DNA of 56,867 nucleotides from Reclinomonas americana ATCC 50394 (Eukaryota): NCBI GenBank assembly GCA_048213135.1, contig PS015534.1:1-56867 (forward strand), in the 5' to 3' direction. The first letter of the stretch is position 1. Each line of letters opens with the position of its first letter. A program made the position numbers and the translations under genes. Positions 1 through 12,756 of this stretch are shown here, in pieces. The notes beneath the pieces were generated by a model. That model saw nothing but the letters and a program-made list of their open reading frames with translations. It ran no database searches and was not told where the DNA came from.

Positions 1-3000
1 AGTATCAGCGGCTATAGTACTCACTGGAATGAAACCATGACGACGTGTAACAACTCACCGACGGTACTGCGGTCGACGGCGGCGCCTGTGTCAGCTCGCC
101 CGCCAATATCTTCTGCATCCAGTCGGTGCCACCACCTGCCGTGTTTGTGGCAACAGTTGCACTGCTGGCGGCTTGCTCCGCCGGCTTGGCGGCCTGCGTC
201 GCACCAGTCGGGTACATGTTGGTGCCCTTGTTGTACTGCTCCTCATCATGCAACATCACGAGATGAGACACACGACATGGTGGTCTGGAATGCAGCACAT
301 GGACACTTACCAGCTGCTGCTGCTGCTGTTGCTGCTGCTGTGGTGGCGGTGGCATGGCGTAGCCACCAGGGTGCATTGCAAGCGGCGGCGCCTGCGCAGA
401 GTACGGATAGCCGGACGGTGGCGGCGGCACCATGGCACCCGGGAAATGCACCGAGGATGCAGGAGCGGGAGACTGCTGTTGCATGGGCTGGGACGGCTGT
501 CGTGCATGCTGTTGTTGTTGTTGGTGCTGTTGCTGCTGGTGCATCATGGACGGCGGTAGTGATGATGGAGGTGCGTACGCGCCACCACCACCACCACCAT
601 ACGGATTGCCGAAGGGCATGCCTTGTTGCATCATAAGCGGAGGCTGTGATTGATGCGAAGGGCCAGCTCGCGGTGGTCCCGGATCGATGGAGAGCATCTG
701 GCGCAGCACACTCTCAATGTCGGACGGCCGCATCGACGAGGCTTCCGGCGCCGGTTTCGCCGTCATCTGCGTCAGTGGAATCGACAAGCCGGGCACCGGT
801 CCACGCGGAGGCGCCAGTACGGCACCAAAGTCCACTGGAACATTGCTGGAGAAGGCGCTCTCCAAATTGCGCGCAGCATGAGGCTGCCGATCCAGTGAGT
901 GGAAGTCCATATTAGTCGGCATTGGTCGACCGTTGCCGCCGCCTCCAGCACCCCCCGGAACGCCACCGCCACCAGCTCCACCGTCAATGAGACCCATGGG
1001 TCGACCCCACGGCGAGGACGACGAGGATGACTCGAACGCCTGTCCTTCCATTGACGGTGGCGACGATGGTGCATCACTGCCGCCCAGCTCCTCCAGACCC
1101 TCCTCCTGTGTGTGGCCACTCGCGCATGAGAGTTGTAGAAGAAGACGACATGCACACACATGCAACGTACCAGAGCGACTCCAGGGCTGCTCATGTCACC
1201 AAAGAAACCGCCCGGACCAATGGCCGACATGATGGGCGGCAGCGCGTTGGGCGCATCGAGGTGCGCTCGGCGCGACGGCATCTCGGGTGACGACGGCAAT
1301 GCCGCGTCATACGAGAGCAGTGCGGCGGCAGACGAGGCGGCCGAATCCGACGAGTGCGACACCGTGGTCGACTTGGCCGGCGACTGCGCCACCGTCTTTG
1401 TCGGTGACATTTTCGGCGTCTCTCCAGCTGGCCCACTCGACTTGCGCTGCAGCTTGGCACTAGTGCCGCTGCCGCCTTGTGTGGGGTCGAAATTCTTCAC
1501 CGTGCCAATAATCACCATTTCTCCGTGCTGCACACCCGAGCTCTGCTCCGACGGCTCCGGGAAGTCGTCAGGTGTCTGGCGACACATCAGCAAAGAAGTA
1601 GGAGTGGGGCAGACGGACGACGCAAGACTACGCAACAACAGTGGCCTCAAAGAAGCGCGCAAAGCGACTTCCTGAACGACTGTCGCCGTCACCGCCATTT
1701 CCACCACCATTTCCACCACCATCGGCAGAGCCGCCAGCAGCCCCGCCCTCCGCACCCTTCCTGTTCTCCGTACGCGCACGACTGTCGGCATCGGCGGTCG
1801 AGGTTGCCGTAAACTAGCGAAGCATTGCGGCATGTCAGAACGACGCGGCACATACCACCCCCACCCCCTCAGATGTGATGATGATCACCTTGGAGTCTGC
1901 GTCACGTGAATTCGGTTGAATCACCGAGGCAATGCGACGACCCTGTGAGCTTCCGCCTCCGACCGGCCGTGATTGATTGTCGACGACGATTCGAATCGGC
2001 CGCGACTTGAGCGGCTGCGTGCGAGTACAGTGAATCTGCGGTGCCCCACCGACGCCGCCAACGCACACGACAGTACCTTGTTGGTCAGTTCCAGTGCTCC
2101 TCGCAGGTGACTCTCGTCGCCAAAGTAGACGTGCGCCTGCGAACCGTTCAGTTGCACCGACAGCGGACGCTGTGCCGCAAAGAACATCATGAGGTCCTCG
2201 CGGGAGGTTCCCGACTCGAGATTCTTCACAAAGGCAATGTAGTCGCCAGCGTTGCCGTCCTTGGTCTTGTTGCTGCGGCGATTGCCAGTGGAAGACTGGC
2301 TGCCACCAAACGAGCTCTCGATCTCGTTCAGCGACACGGCACCGCTGGGAAGTGTGCCACCTGCGGGCGCCACATTGCCCAGCGAGCGCATGTCGAAACC
2401 CGGCTGCGTGGCGCGTACTTAAGTCACTGACCCTGACCAAACTGTGTGCACACACACACACACACACAAACAAACACACCTTGGACGCGCCCTCGGCACG
2501 ACGCCAGCTCGAGTCGTTGCTGCTTCGCGATCCCCTGTCACGAGACATTGGTGAGCACTTGTGGACACCGCCGCCCCATCCAGTTGCAAACAGACACACC
2601 GATCGCGCTTGTCACCCTGCGCTGTCGACGACGACGACGACGACGACGACAATGCCGACGACGACGCCAACAAACCGACACCTGCAGGTGCTCCTCGTGT
2701 GCGCCACGAGTCTCCCGACGCTGGCGGCGCATCGATACTCGCGCCACGACCCCGTCCAGTCGTCGTCGTACTGCGTCCGAGCAGCGAGTCGCCACCAGTC
2801 CCACCTCCCGCCGCCCCTCGCCTGCCCAACCCACCTTCACCTGCAGCACCCAACCGTCCCTCTCCATGCTCCCGATGTGCAGAGCGCTTGGGCTCCTGCG
2901 CGCATTGCAAAACGTCACAAAAAAGTGGGGACACGACGCAAAAGAGAGTCTGGCACGAACCAGCTCCTCGCCAATGCCACCACCGCCCTTGTACTTGGCC

Positions 3001-3418
3001 TCGGTCAGCCGCGCCATCATGCGCTCCTCCTCGGGATCCCTACCAGCGCATGAGCAGCGTGCACACAAACACGCGAGACACACAAGCGCGCATTGCAGGT
3101 GACCAACCATGGCTGCGGCTTCCGCAAGCCGCGCGGGATCAACTGCCACGCCTCATCAGTGACCAGCAGCGGAGACATGCGCAACGCATTCATGTGTGCC
3201 AGCGAGTACACAAAGCGAGTGGCGCGCGCTTCTGGCGGTGCCGGGTGGTACGTTGACAAGCGAGGACCACCTGCTGTTGGTGGTGCTGCTGCTCCTCCTC
3301 CTCCTGCTGCAGCAGAGGCGGCCGCTGCAGCAGCAAAGACAGCAGCCACTGATGCAGATGTGGTGTTGGGCGGTGTTGTCCTTGCGCCATGGGGATGCTC
3401 GGCATCGCCACCCAACAT
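1..3418 (-). CDS. Multi-exon RNA-binding protein with an eIF4B/eIF4H-like RRM, a possible N-terminal eIF4E-binding-type motif and a long Q/P/G-rich C-terminus; runs off the window start
   Basis: Spliced frames join via GT-AG introns. RRM: YIAFVKNLESGTSREDLMMFF...AHVYFGDESHLRGALELTNK...PLKSRPIRIVVD. N-terminal FVYSLAHMNALR. The last visible donor (GTGAG) is at 58. Confidence 0.7.
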
Positions 3419-3451
3419 TACTGCTGCAGCGGAATGCGCGCGTCAGAGGAT

Positions 3452-3486
<35 letters not shown>

Positions 3487-4217
3487 CGGAAAGGGAAAGA
3501 GAGAGGACGATAACGTGCGTGTGAGAGCACACACGTGTGTGTGAATGAGTGTGTTGCAAAAGTGTGCTGTTTGCGTACCTGCAAGGCGATGCCAAAATCA
3601 GTCGACTTTCTTGCTTTTTTGTTGTTGTTTTTTTGTGTGCGTTTCTGCGTGTGTGTAAGCTTCTTGCTTGTCTGCCAGTGTGCGTGTGTGTGTCTGCGTG
3701 TGTGTCTGTGTGTGTGTCGTTGTGGTTGGTCGACAAGTTGATGGATCAACTAAATGGACCGGCAAAACGCACGCACACACCACGTCCTTTGCGTGTTGTG
3801 CAGGCTGCGGATACGTGAGCTGACGGCAATGCACACAATGCGCGCTGCACGTTGCATGTCGATGGAGACGAAATGCATATAATGGAAAAGGTGTGTGCAA
3901 GGGGAGAAGAGAGAGAGAGAGAGAAGAGAGTGTGCGCATATGTGAATGTGTGTGTGAGAGAGAAAGCGACGTTAGTTTGTTTTGTGTGTCTGCATTTTGC
4001 TGAGTTGTCTCCTCATGATCAATGCATTTTTCTCACAAGTTCAACTCTTTTTTCGTCGCTCTCCCGCTGTTGGTGTGACAAAAAACGGCGTGAGCAGCTG
4101 GCCAATCGCCAGCAGCAGGCAAGCGGCGATCTGAATCGGCGAGGTGACTTGCATCGATCGCGCGTCCATTGAGCGCACTTCAATTGCGTGAAAGGCACTT
4201 TGATCACGCGAAAAAAC

Positions 4218-7200
4218 ATGGAGCAACAACAACAACGTGCGTCTGTGCACTTTGTTCTTTGCCACTCGCTTCTCTCTCTTATGTGATATGCAGCTCCGAC
4301 TGTTCCTCTCCTGCTGCCTCCACTGCCTCCACCGCAGGCGACACTGAGCAACAGTGCGTGACTTGCCTCACTGTGCACGCACAATCGTTGCTCACATGTG
4401 CAGCTCGCACACAACACACAGGCCAGTTCTGTGACTTGGTTGTTCCGCATCTGTTCAACCACCACCACTGCGACTTTGCCTCGGTCGACGAGTCGCGAAT
4501 GTCAGCCGAGCAGCTCGGAGTGCTTTGCGAGGTCCTTTTTGCGTGTGTGTGCATGCCTGCTGCCGCATCTCTGACACACGCATGCAAATGCGCAGCTGCG
4601 ACGCGATGCCAATGCGTATCTGATGCAGCATGTGCTGCCGGGGAAGACCGTCCGTCGTGATGCGTGGACCAAGGTCGAGGGCGACAACTTTCTGCGCATG
4701 ATTCGTCGCTTCCCGCATCTGCACGCGCAGTGGGGCCTCTTGTCGCTGCTGATCGACAGTCGCAACGGCCAGCAGTGCCAGTCCTTTATGCAGTTCTTGC
4801 TGAGCGTACAGTCGAAGCCGGGTTTGGTGCGTCTTTATTTGCTGCCGCCGGTTTCGTGCAATATCTCTAATATTATTATTTTGATTGCACAGGCGCAGTC
4901 TTTTGGTGCGCGTGCGTTGCCGGCACCCGCCACGGCAACCACTACCACCACCACCACTGCCACCACGTCAACGACAGCGACGACGGCTACTGTCATTTTT
5001 GATGACGGTCCACTGGCGAGGCTGCCGCCGCTTTCACCTCCGTCACCACCGCCGCCACCTCCTCTGGTGCTGCCACCGCTGCCCGAGCCTTCGGCCTTGC
5101 CACCGATGCGACAACTGCCTCCGCTACCACCACCGCCATCAGCCTCTCTGCGACCAGAGCCACCCCCACCACCACCACCTCCTCCCCCTCCAGCGTTGCC
5201 TTCGCCACCACCGTCACCGTCACCACCGCCTCCTCCACCAGCGTTGCCGTCGCCACCGCCACTGCCTCCGCCACCTCCTCCACCAGCTTTACCGTCACCG
5301 CCGCCGCTTCCTCCACCACCGGCACCCGCGCTACCGGTAGTTGTGGGATCTCGCGACTTGCCGTTCGTGGAGCGCGGATGCAACACGGATCGGACGTCTG
5401 TGCGGCATGTTTCCACGCAAGTCAACCTCGCCGCCGATGACATGGAAGAGGAGCGCAGTGCGATGCGCCAGCAACAGCAGCAACAGCGGCAGCAGTTGCA
5501 AGAGATGGAGAATCAGGTGTGCTCGCTGCGTCATCGTTTGTGTCTTTCGTTGGTTGACTCACCAACGGCGACAGCTCCGGTGCCGGGATCTGCGCGTTTT
5601 GCACCTGCAACGGCGCATGCTGCAACTGCAGCGCTTCCACGAAGACATTCGTCGCGCATCGTCCGACATGCAGTTCTTGATGGACAGTGCGTTTGTGTTT
5701 CCTTTGCCTTTGTGTGCTCCTCTGCGCTGCTGATCCCTCCGCATGCACGTGCAGTGTCCGTCGACTCTACCACGACTTCGAGCACGCTTCTGTCGGTTCC
5801 TGCGCACGTTGAGGCCTACCGACCGAAGCGCTCATTCACTGTCTTCAACTCGGTCACCAATGTTGCGTCGCAGTGCGCCTGATCCATCTCGTAGTCTCCC
5901 TGACTCATGCGCGCCGCACCTCCCTGCGCAGGAGCTCATCGGGTGCGCCGTGGCCGCTAGCGATGTGGCTGCCTTGGAGCCGGCAGAAAAGAAGCGCCGT
6001 CGTGTCACCGATGCATCGTCGCCGGCCATCGCCGCAGTCGACAGAGCAGTGTCGATTTCTGCAATGACGGCCACCACCACCACCACCAACTCCTCCTCCA
6101 AGAAGAAAGAAAAGCCGGCTGCAATGGCGGCGGCGGCGGCGGCGGATCCGAGTGTCGACTCGCTGTTTGACGAGGATCCACTCGTGCGCTACAGCAAGAT
6201 GGAGCAGATGATTCAGGATGCGTTCGAGAAGCAGGCGGCATCGTCGTCATCCACCGACGACGCAGCCTACCTGCAGTACCGTCAGGGACTCGAGGTGGAG
6301 CGCGAAAAGGCCGCTGCCGATGTGGTGGAGTGCCCGCTGTGCCTCCTGGACATGGAGCACGGGGTCTTTCAGTTGCCGGCGTGTGGCCACTCGTTTCACT
6401 TGGAGTGCCTGTCCAAGAGTTACGTGCACCAGTATAAGACGCAGTGATGTGGCGCTCATCTGCCGTTTGTTTGTGACGCAGTGCTGGCCAGTCGCTTTGT
6501 CACCCGCAAAATGTGCACGGCATGCTTCCGCGATCTTGGAACGGACGAGATCAAGCACATCAACACCGCCGTGCGGACTGAGCGATACAAGGCACAGCCG
6601 CCAGCACCGCAGCCACCACCGCTGGTGTCACCGCCACCACCACCACCACCGCCTCCACCTGCTCCGATTGCGAAGTCGCCAATACCGACGTGGCTGCTAG
6701 CTCCGATCGCCAACTCTCTGCTGCCTTCACCGGTATCGGAGAGCGGCAGCGGCATCACGCACATGAAGACGGACGTCGGCTGGTGCGTCTGTCAACCGAC
6801 GTACGTTTTTATACTCTCCTGACCACGCACACGCAGCAGCGCCGCCACCACCATCGGTCCGGTCGACCTGCCGCCGGCCGACACTGCCATCACCGAGGCC
6901 ACTGTCACAGGCGACGAAGTCGTTGCGGTCGTCGCTGAAGACATGCAAGTCGACAAGCCGAATCCGGAAAGCAAGACCACCAGCAAGAAGAAGAGGGCTG
7001 CGACGCCGCGCAAACGAGTCAACCAGCTGCTTTATGAGCTGGCCGGCTCACATGACGAAGCGAAGGCTCTCGAGGCGGTGGTTGCGAAGCACGGAGACGG
7101 TGCGGGCACAGCAGAGCCGGCAGACGCGGCGGAATCCGACATGCAGTACCGAGTATTCTTGCGACGCGGCAAGCTGAAGGACCCACGCAACTCTGCCACC

Positions 7201-7365
7201 GCGGCCGTCACCGCCGCTGCAGCAGCCCCAGTCGACGTACCCGACCTGCAACTGCAGCTGCTGGCAACCCTGACCGAGCGCCCCAGACGACAGGCGGCCT
7301 TCCTGGCCGAGTCGCGTCGTCGCAACTCGCCTCGCGGCTGGGAGTCATTCGCGGACAACATCTAA
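4218..7365 (+). CDS. Myb/SANT-like domain + polyproline region + coiled coil + RING-H2 finger protein (multi-exon)
   Basis: Myb-like WTKVEGDNFLRMIRRFPHLHAQWGLLSLLIDSRNGQQC; ALPSPPP repeats; RING CPLC...CGHSFHLECLSK|MLASRFVTRKMCTAC across intron 6419-6481. The frame stays open across GT-AG introns to TAA at 7365. Confidence 0.75.
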
Positions 7366-7420
7366 CGCAACACGAAAAGCAATGCATGCACGCCGCTCTC
7401 TATACCATTGCCACGTTCAC

Positions 7421-7466
<46 letters not shown>

Positions 7467-7470
7467 AGGC

Positions 7471-7985
7471 TCACAGGTACAAGCTCTCCTCCTCTGCAAC
7501 AGGTGGTGGTGGTTGTTCCGGGGGCACCAACACACCGCGTCGCCTTGTCTCCAGCTCTGCATCACTCATAATCTCCACTCTTCTCGCCTCCTCCCGTCGC
7601 CGTCTCTCCTCCTCTGCATCTGCCTCCTCATCAAGCACCTCTCCTCGCATCAGTCGCCGAAGACGCTCAATCCTGGCAAGCGCAAGTGAGTGAAATGCAC
7701 ACATTCTCACTCTCTCTCTCTCTCGCACACACACCGCAATCGCTTTCTCTCCATCACTCCCAAGTTCTCCTCCACGGCCACTCGCAAGTCTTCGTCCTCC
7801 AGTTGCGGGTCAAATTCGATCATTTCTCTGTTGCTTCTCTCCAAGTGCACAATGCTGTGCTCGATCTCGCGGATCTCAATCTCCAACAGTGAAACCTCCA
7901 CAAGCTCGCCCACTTCGGGCACCTCTGGTGGTGGTGGTGGTGGTGGTGGTGCGGAAGAGGAGGAGGCGCCCTCGTCTTCGCTCAT
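7471..7985 (-). CDS. TMA17/ADC17-like small acidic coiled-coil protein (2 exons)
   Basis: EIEHSIVHLERSN...AVEENLGV resembles yeast Tma17 (EIENSINHLQRSN...VRENE, recalled). Hydrophobic C-terminus SLYL*. One GT-AG intron. Confidence 0.6.
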
Positions 7986-8061
7986 GGCCTTGTTTGTGAT
8001 CGAGAGGACTGTGGGACGATCGATACACAAAATGATTCACTCTCCCTGATATACAGGCGGA

Positions 8062-11000
8062 TCAGAAGCCAGGCAAGAGGGCACCCTCGAATGCGGTACT
8101 GCTCTGCAAGGTGGTGACGCACAAGGAAAGGAAAGTGAGCTTTGCTGTTGGCGACAGGGAACGTCGGACTGGTGCGCAACTCGTCTGGCATTCGGATTGA
8201 ATCCGGGCATTAACCGCGGACTTTGCCGACCGCCGCCACCACGCAGTGCCTGTGGCACGATGCGCTGCGAATCCTGCACTCGAAGCATGCGCTCGGCTGC
8301 ACCCACAATAACGAGAGTGAGACGAGCGGAGAAGAGAGACATTGCCGAATGCAAGAGGAACTCGACCGCAACATTGCAACTGCATCAATTGCTTCTTGAG
8401 GGCCGCCACCTTCTCTTCCTGTTCCTCGATGAGCTGGTTGGCGCGGAACAGTTCGCTGCTGTGTAGTCTCGTGCGCTCCTCGACAGACGCTTCCAGCGCT
8501 GCGATTCGCTTGTCTCGCACTCCGAGTTGCTGCTTGGAGCTCTGCGGGAGAAGGCAGTGAGCAATCACGCAGGCGCGCAAACCACCTCCCCAACAAACAC
8601 ACAAATGTACGCACCTGCAGCTCCTGGCGCAACGTAGTGACTTCGCTTTGCAATTGCAGATACTTGGATTCGAGCAAATGCAGCGCCTGCATCGAGTGCG
8701 ACGCCTGCAACTGGGCGTTCTTCTCGCGCAACTCGTCGGCCTCGAGCTGCAAGTCGACACACTGGCAGGAGGGGAAAGGGAGAGAGTGAGCAAGCCGCAG
8801 GGAGAGCGAGGGGGAAGAAGGAGAGGAGGGAAGAAGGAGAGGAAGGAGGAAGGAGAGGAAGGAGGAAGGAGAGGAGGGAGAGGGAGCGGGGGGGAGAACG
8901 AGAGGGGAGAACGAGAGGGGAGAACGAGAGGGGAGAACGAGAGGGGAGAACGAGAGGGGAGAGCGAGAGGGGAGAACGAGAGGGGAGCACCGAGAGGAGG
9001 GAGCAGTGAGAAAACAAGCCAGAGGGGGGAGCGAGAGGGAGAGAAGCGAGAGGGAGAGAGAAAGAGAGCGATAAGGTAAAGAGCAAGGGAGGGAGAGAGA
9101 GAGAAGCGAAACGTTGTGAGGGGGAGCAGCGAGAGGGGGAGAAGAGGACACGACCCTCTCCATCATGCTCGCCCTTACCATCTCCACTCGCATGGCGTTC
9201 TCACGCGTCAGCGACTCGTTGTGCTGCTCCAGTCGACGCAATCTCTTCTGCATCTGAACCACGTCGGCAGGCACACCGCTGGAGCCCTTCTCCAGCAGTG
9301 CCGTCAACTCAGCCACCGCTGCCGCCGACACCTCCAGCTGTCGTCCAAGCTCCTCGCACTCTTGATGTGCCGCCGCCTCGGCTTTCTCTGCAACCCAGGC
9401 GGGTTAGAAGGCAACGTGCAAGAAACGAGTGAGTCGGCAGCCGCACGAACCGAGCGCCTGGATCTTCGCGGTCAGATCGGTCTTCAGCTTGGAGACTTGG
9501 TGTGAGTGCGCTTGCACCAGGCGCTGAATCTTTTGGTCTCGCGACGCCACTGCCTCCTTCAGTGCCGCCAGAGGATCGTCGGTTGAGGATGGCTGTGGGA
9601 ATGTGTGAGGCAAATAAGACTTGCTGAAGCAGAGAGCGGAACGAATGTCGCACCGCTGCCGCCTTTGTCGTCTCTTCCGCCGAAGGTCCGCTCGCGGCTG
9701 TAGGTGAGAGAGGTGATGGCTCCTGCGCACGCATACGGGTGGTGAGCAACATGGACACGACGGAGGTGAGTGCATGCGCTGCAAACCTCTTCAGCCAGTT
9801 CCACCGACCGCGGCCGACTGGGACTTGAGAGCGCCTTCCGCTGCTCCTCTAGTTGCGCCACCAGCGAGGAAACCTGTTCCCGCAGCGAGGTGTTGGCGGC
9901 CTCCAGATCTTGCACTTGCACGGCGTAGTTGTTCTCTTGGAACTGCATCTTCTCCACCTGGAAGCGCAGCAACTCGAGATCGCCCGCCATGCGCGACTTC
10001 TCAGCCTTGAACTCCTCTGTCGCCTGCAGCTCGGCATCCTTGCTGCTCAGTGACTCGCGCAACGTCTGGTTCTCCTCCTGCTCGGCCAGCAGCTCGTCGC
10101 GTAACCGCTCATTGTCGGTGCGCAACTGCACCAGCTCACCCTGCTCCGACGACTCGAGCGCCAACAACCGCTCCTGCAGACCGGCCTCGCCCGCCACTGT
10201 TGTGTGTGCATTGCCAAGGAGACAGTCAGCAGCGTGAGAAGAAGAAGTAGACGACACGGAGCTGCGGTCCACTGACCTCGGAACTTGGAAATGATCTCAT
10301 CACGTTGCCGCACATCCTCCTCGAGCTGTCGCACCATCATGGTCAGCTCCTGCACCGACAGCTCCTTGTTGACTCGCGGCTTGTTCTTGATTTGCTTGGC
10401 TCGGTCGCCGAAACGCAGCGTCGATAGCGTCTCCTGATCGTTCCAACTGTTGACGGAGCAATTGATGATGAGGGTGGTGCGCGAGTTGCCGCCGAGGGAG
10501 TCTTTGAGTAGTCGTGTGAGTTTCGAGTCGCGATACGGCACGTGTACGAGTTTCTGCGCGGGAGAGAGTGAGCCGGTCAGACAAATAACACGCGTTGCTG
10601 CCTGCAACAGACCTCGCCAGGTCTCCTGGGTTTGGTGAGCACTTGAATGACCAAACCGAGAGTGGACAGCGACTGATTAATGTGCTTGGCCTCCTCCAAC
10701 TGCTGACCCTCCGCGCGGGTTTTGGAGACTTTTTCGGAACCGGCCAAATCCACGAGATGCAGCTTGGAGTTCTTCTTCTCCGACGTTGCCGTGTTCTCCG
10801 TCGTAAGTGAGATGATGAAGAGGGAGTGCGACCGCGAGCTCTCGGCGTTCATATCTGAGGGGGAAAAGGAATTGTTAGAGAAATGAAGTCGTGCAGTGCA
10901 CTGTGCACGCGTGAAACGCTGCGTAACTGGTGGCCGCCACCACGCGGTTCGTGGCTCCAATGCGCAGATAGTCAAACATTTCCTCCACTCGGAACACCTG

Positions 11001-12314
11001 CTCCACACGGGCACCCTTGACGTGCATGGCATGGTCCTTGCTCTCGTGCAACGACAGTGTACCGCTGGCCGCTGCGGTGCACCGATAATGTTGGCATGAA
11101 AAAACGATGAGCACAGCAAGAGGGCGGGGGTGCACGCAACGATTCAACAAGTCGCGAATCTGCTCATTGTAAATCTCCACGTACGACACGTACAGGTAGA
11201 ACATGATGTTGAGATCGGCATTGTCAATCTCCTCAAAAATGGCGTCGGCGATGCGCGGGATCAGACCGCGGTCCAGTGGATCCTCACAAAAGCCCTGCGA
11301 TGGCGGTATGAGAACAGAGAGGGAGGGGGAACGGGATTGGTGGAGCGGCGCGCAACTCTGAGCGTCTCCTCTCCCGGTCCCATCATGGTGTGCGTCTTGC
11401 CGGAACCAGTTTGCCCGTACGCAAACAGCGTAGCATTGTAGCCCTCGAACAGCGCTGCCGAAAAAACACACACATATAATGATGAGAATCTGACATGCTT
11501 CGCCTCAAACGATGGAGTTATCACAGACCATCCACGGCCGGCGACCCGACATACTCGTAGACCAACTCCTGCGGATCGCCGGGCCTGAACACGCAATCAA
11601 ACGAGAACTTGTGCGCGACATTATCCTTGGTCTGGCCAGGGGAGAAGAGAGCTACACAGTGAGTCATGCATGAAGAAGACAGACCTGGATCAGTAACACA
11701 CACACCGTCAGCCGCACAGTATGCGCATTGCCCTCAAAATCAAACTCCACGCAGTCCTTGCCGCCAGCCTTGCGCTCAATCGAGTTCGACGGGCGGAACC
11801 TGCACATCACCTGCAGAGGCACAACAATGGTCACGCAAATCCGAACCTGCAAAAATCCTCTCACTTATGCAAAGCAAAGAGAGACCTTGATGTTCTGCCC
11901 CGAAGTCGGCGACGCTCCACCCCCCGGAGTTGAGCGTCTCCGCTTGCTGGAGGAGGGACTGTCGACACTCGCCGCACCGGGCGAGTCGAGCATGACAACC
12001 GACGATCCCATGGACGACAGCGAGTCGCCTCCGGGCGACGACACTCGCCGAGAGGCACTTGTCGCACGTGTGAGACTCAGGCGCGGCACAGACGCAGAGG
12101 CTGCGGAGGACGCCACACTGCCCTCATCATCTTCATCATCATCATCAACATCTTCTTCTTGTTGTTCTTCCTCGTCTGATGCATCGTGATGATCACCGAA
12201 ATCCTCTTCTCCGCCTGCTGCTGCTACCACTTCGTCGTCTTCCACTGGTGCATCAGCAGTGGGCAGCAGTTGCGGCGAGTCCACAGGCGAGGCAGAAGGC
12301 GATGCCCCGTCCAT
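8062..12314 (-). CDS. Kinesin-1 (conventional kinesin heavy chain)-like motor protein, multi-exon
   Basis: P-loop [11 protein letters not shown], switch I NAESSRSH, switch [32 protein letters not shown], neck [18 protein letters not shown], coiled-coil stalk, and tail [12 protein letters not shown] resembling the IAK motif. Confidence 0.92.
8891..8994. repeat. Intronic 13-bp tandem repeat (GGGGAGAACGAGA) x~8 within a polypurine tract
   Basis: Directly visible tandem units inside a kinesin intron. Confidence 0.85.
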
Positions 12315-12497
12315 GGTCACACGCACACACGCACACACTCTGTCTCACACTCAAACTTACACACGCACGCACACACAGACAACGAGCAGAGAAGTGTGGT
12401 GCACCGACGCAGGCGCAAGGCAAGACTGTTGTGACACAAAGTTGCATGACTCATCTCTCCAATTAAATCACTCTTTCTATTCGCTCGCCTCTATCTC

Positions 12498-12659
12498 ATG
12501 TGCGACTCCCCCGTTGATCTCATCACGTGGTCCTCCAACCCCACCGTGCCAGCAGACGAGGAGACACTGAGCGAGGTACGCAATGTCGACGAGGCAATCG
12601 ACACGCAACTGGATGCCACGAGTGATGCCTTCACGACGGCCATGGACGATGCCCCGTAG
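12498..12659 (+). CDS. Candidate 53-aa acidic microprotein or uORF (MCDSPVDLITWSSNPTVPADEETLSEVRNVDEAIDTQLDATSDAFTTAMDDAP)
   Basis: Clean ATG-TAG ORF with coding-like composition, lying between the kinesin start and DUF2231. Below the ORF-track length cutoff. Confidence 0.4.
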   Translation: MCDSPVDLITWSSNPTVPADEETLSEVRNVDEAIDTQLDATSDAFTTAMDDAP

Positions 12660-12756
12660 ATAGATGAGGTTGACTATCAGTAAACCAACGAAGCAAGACA
12701 GAAGAATCTCTCTCTGTGCGTGCGCGCGTGTGAGCGAGCAATCAGTGTGTGTGTGT

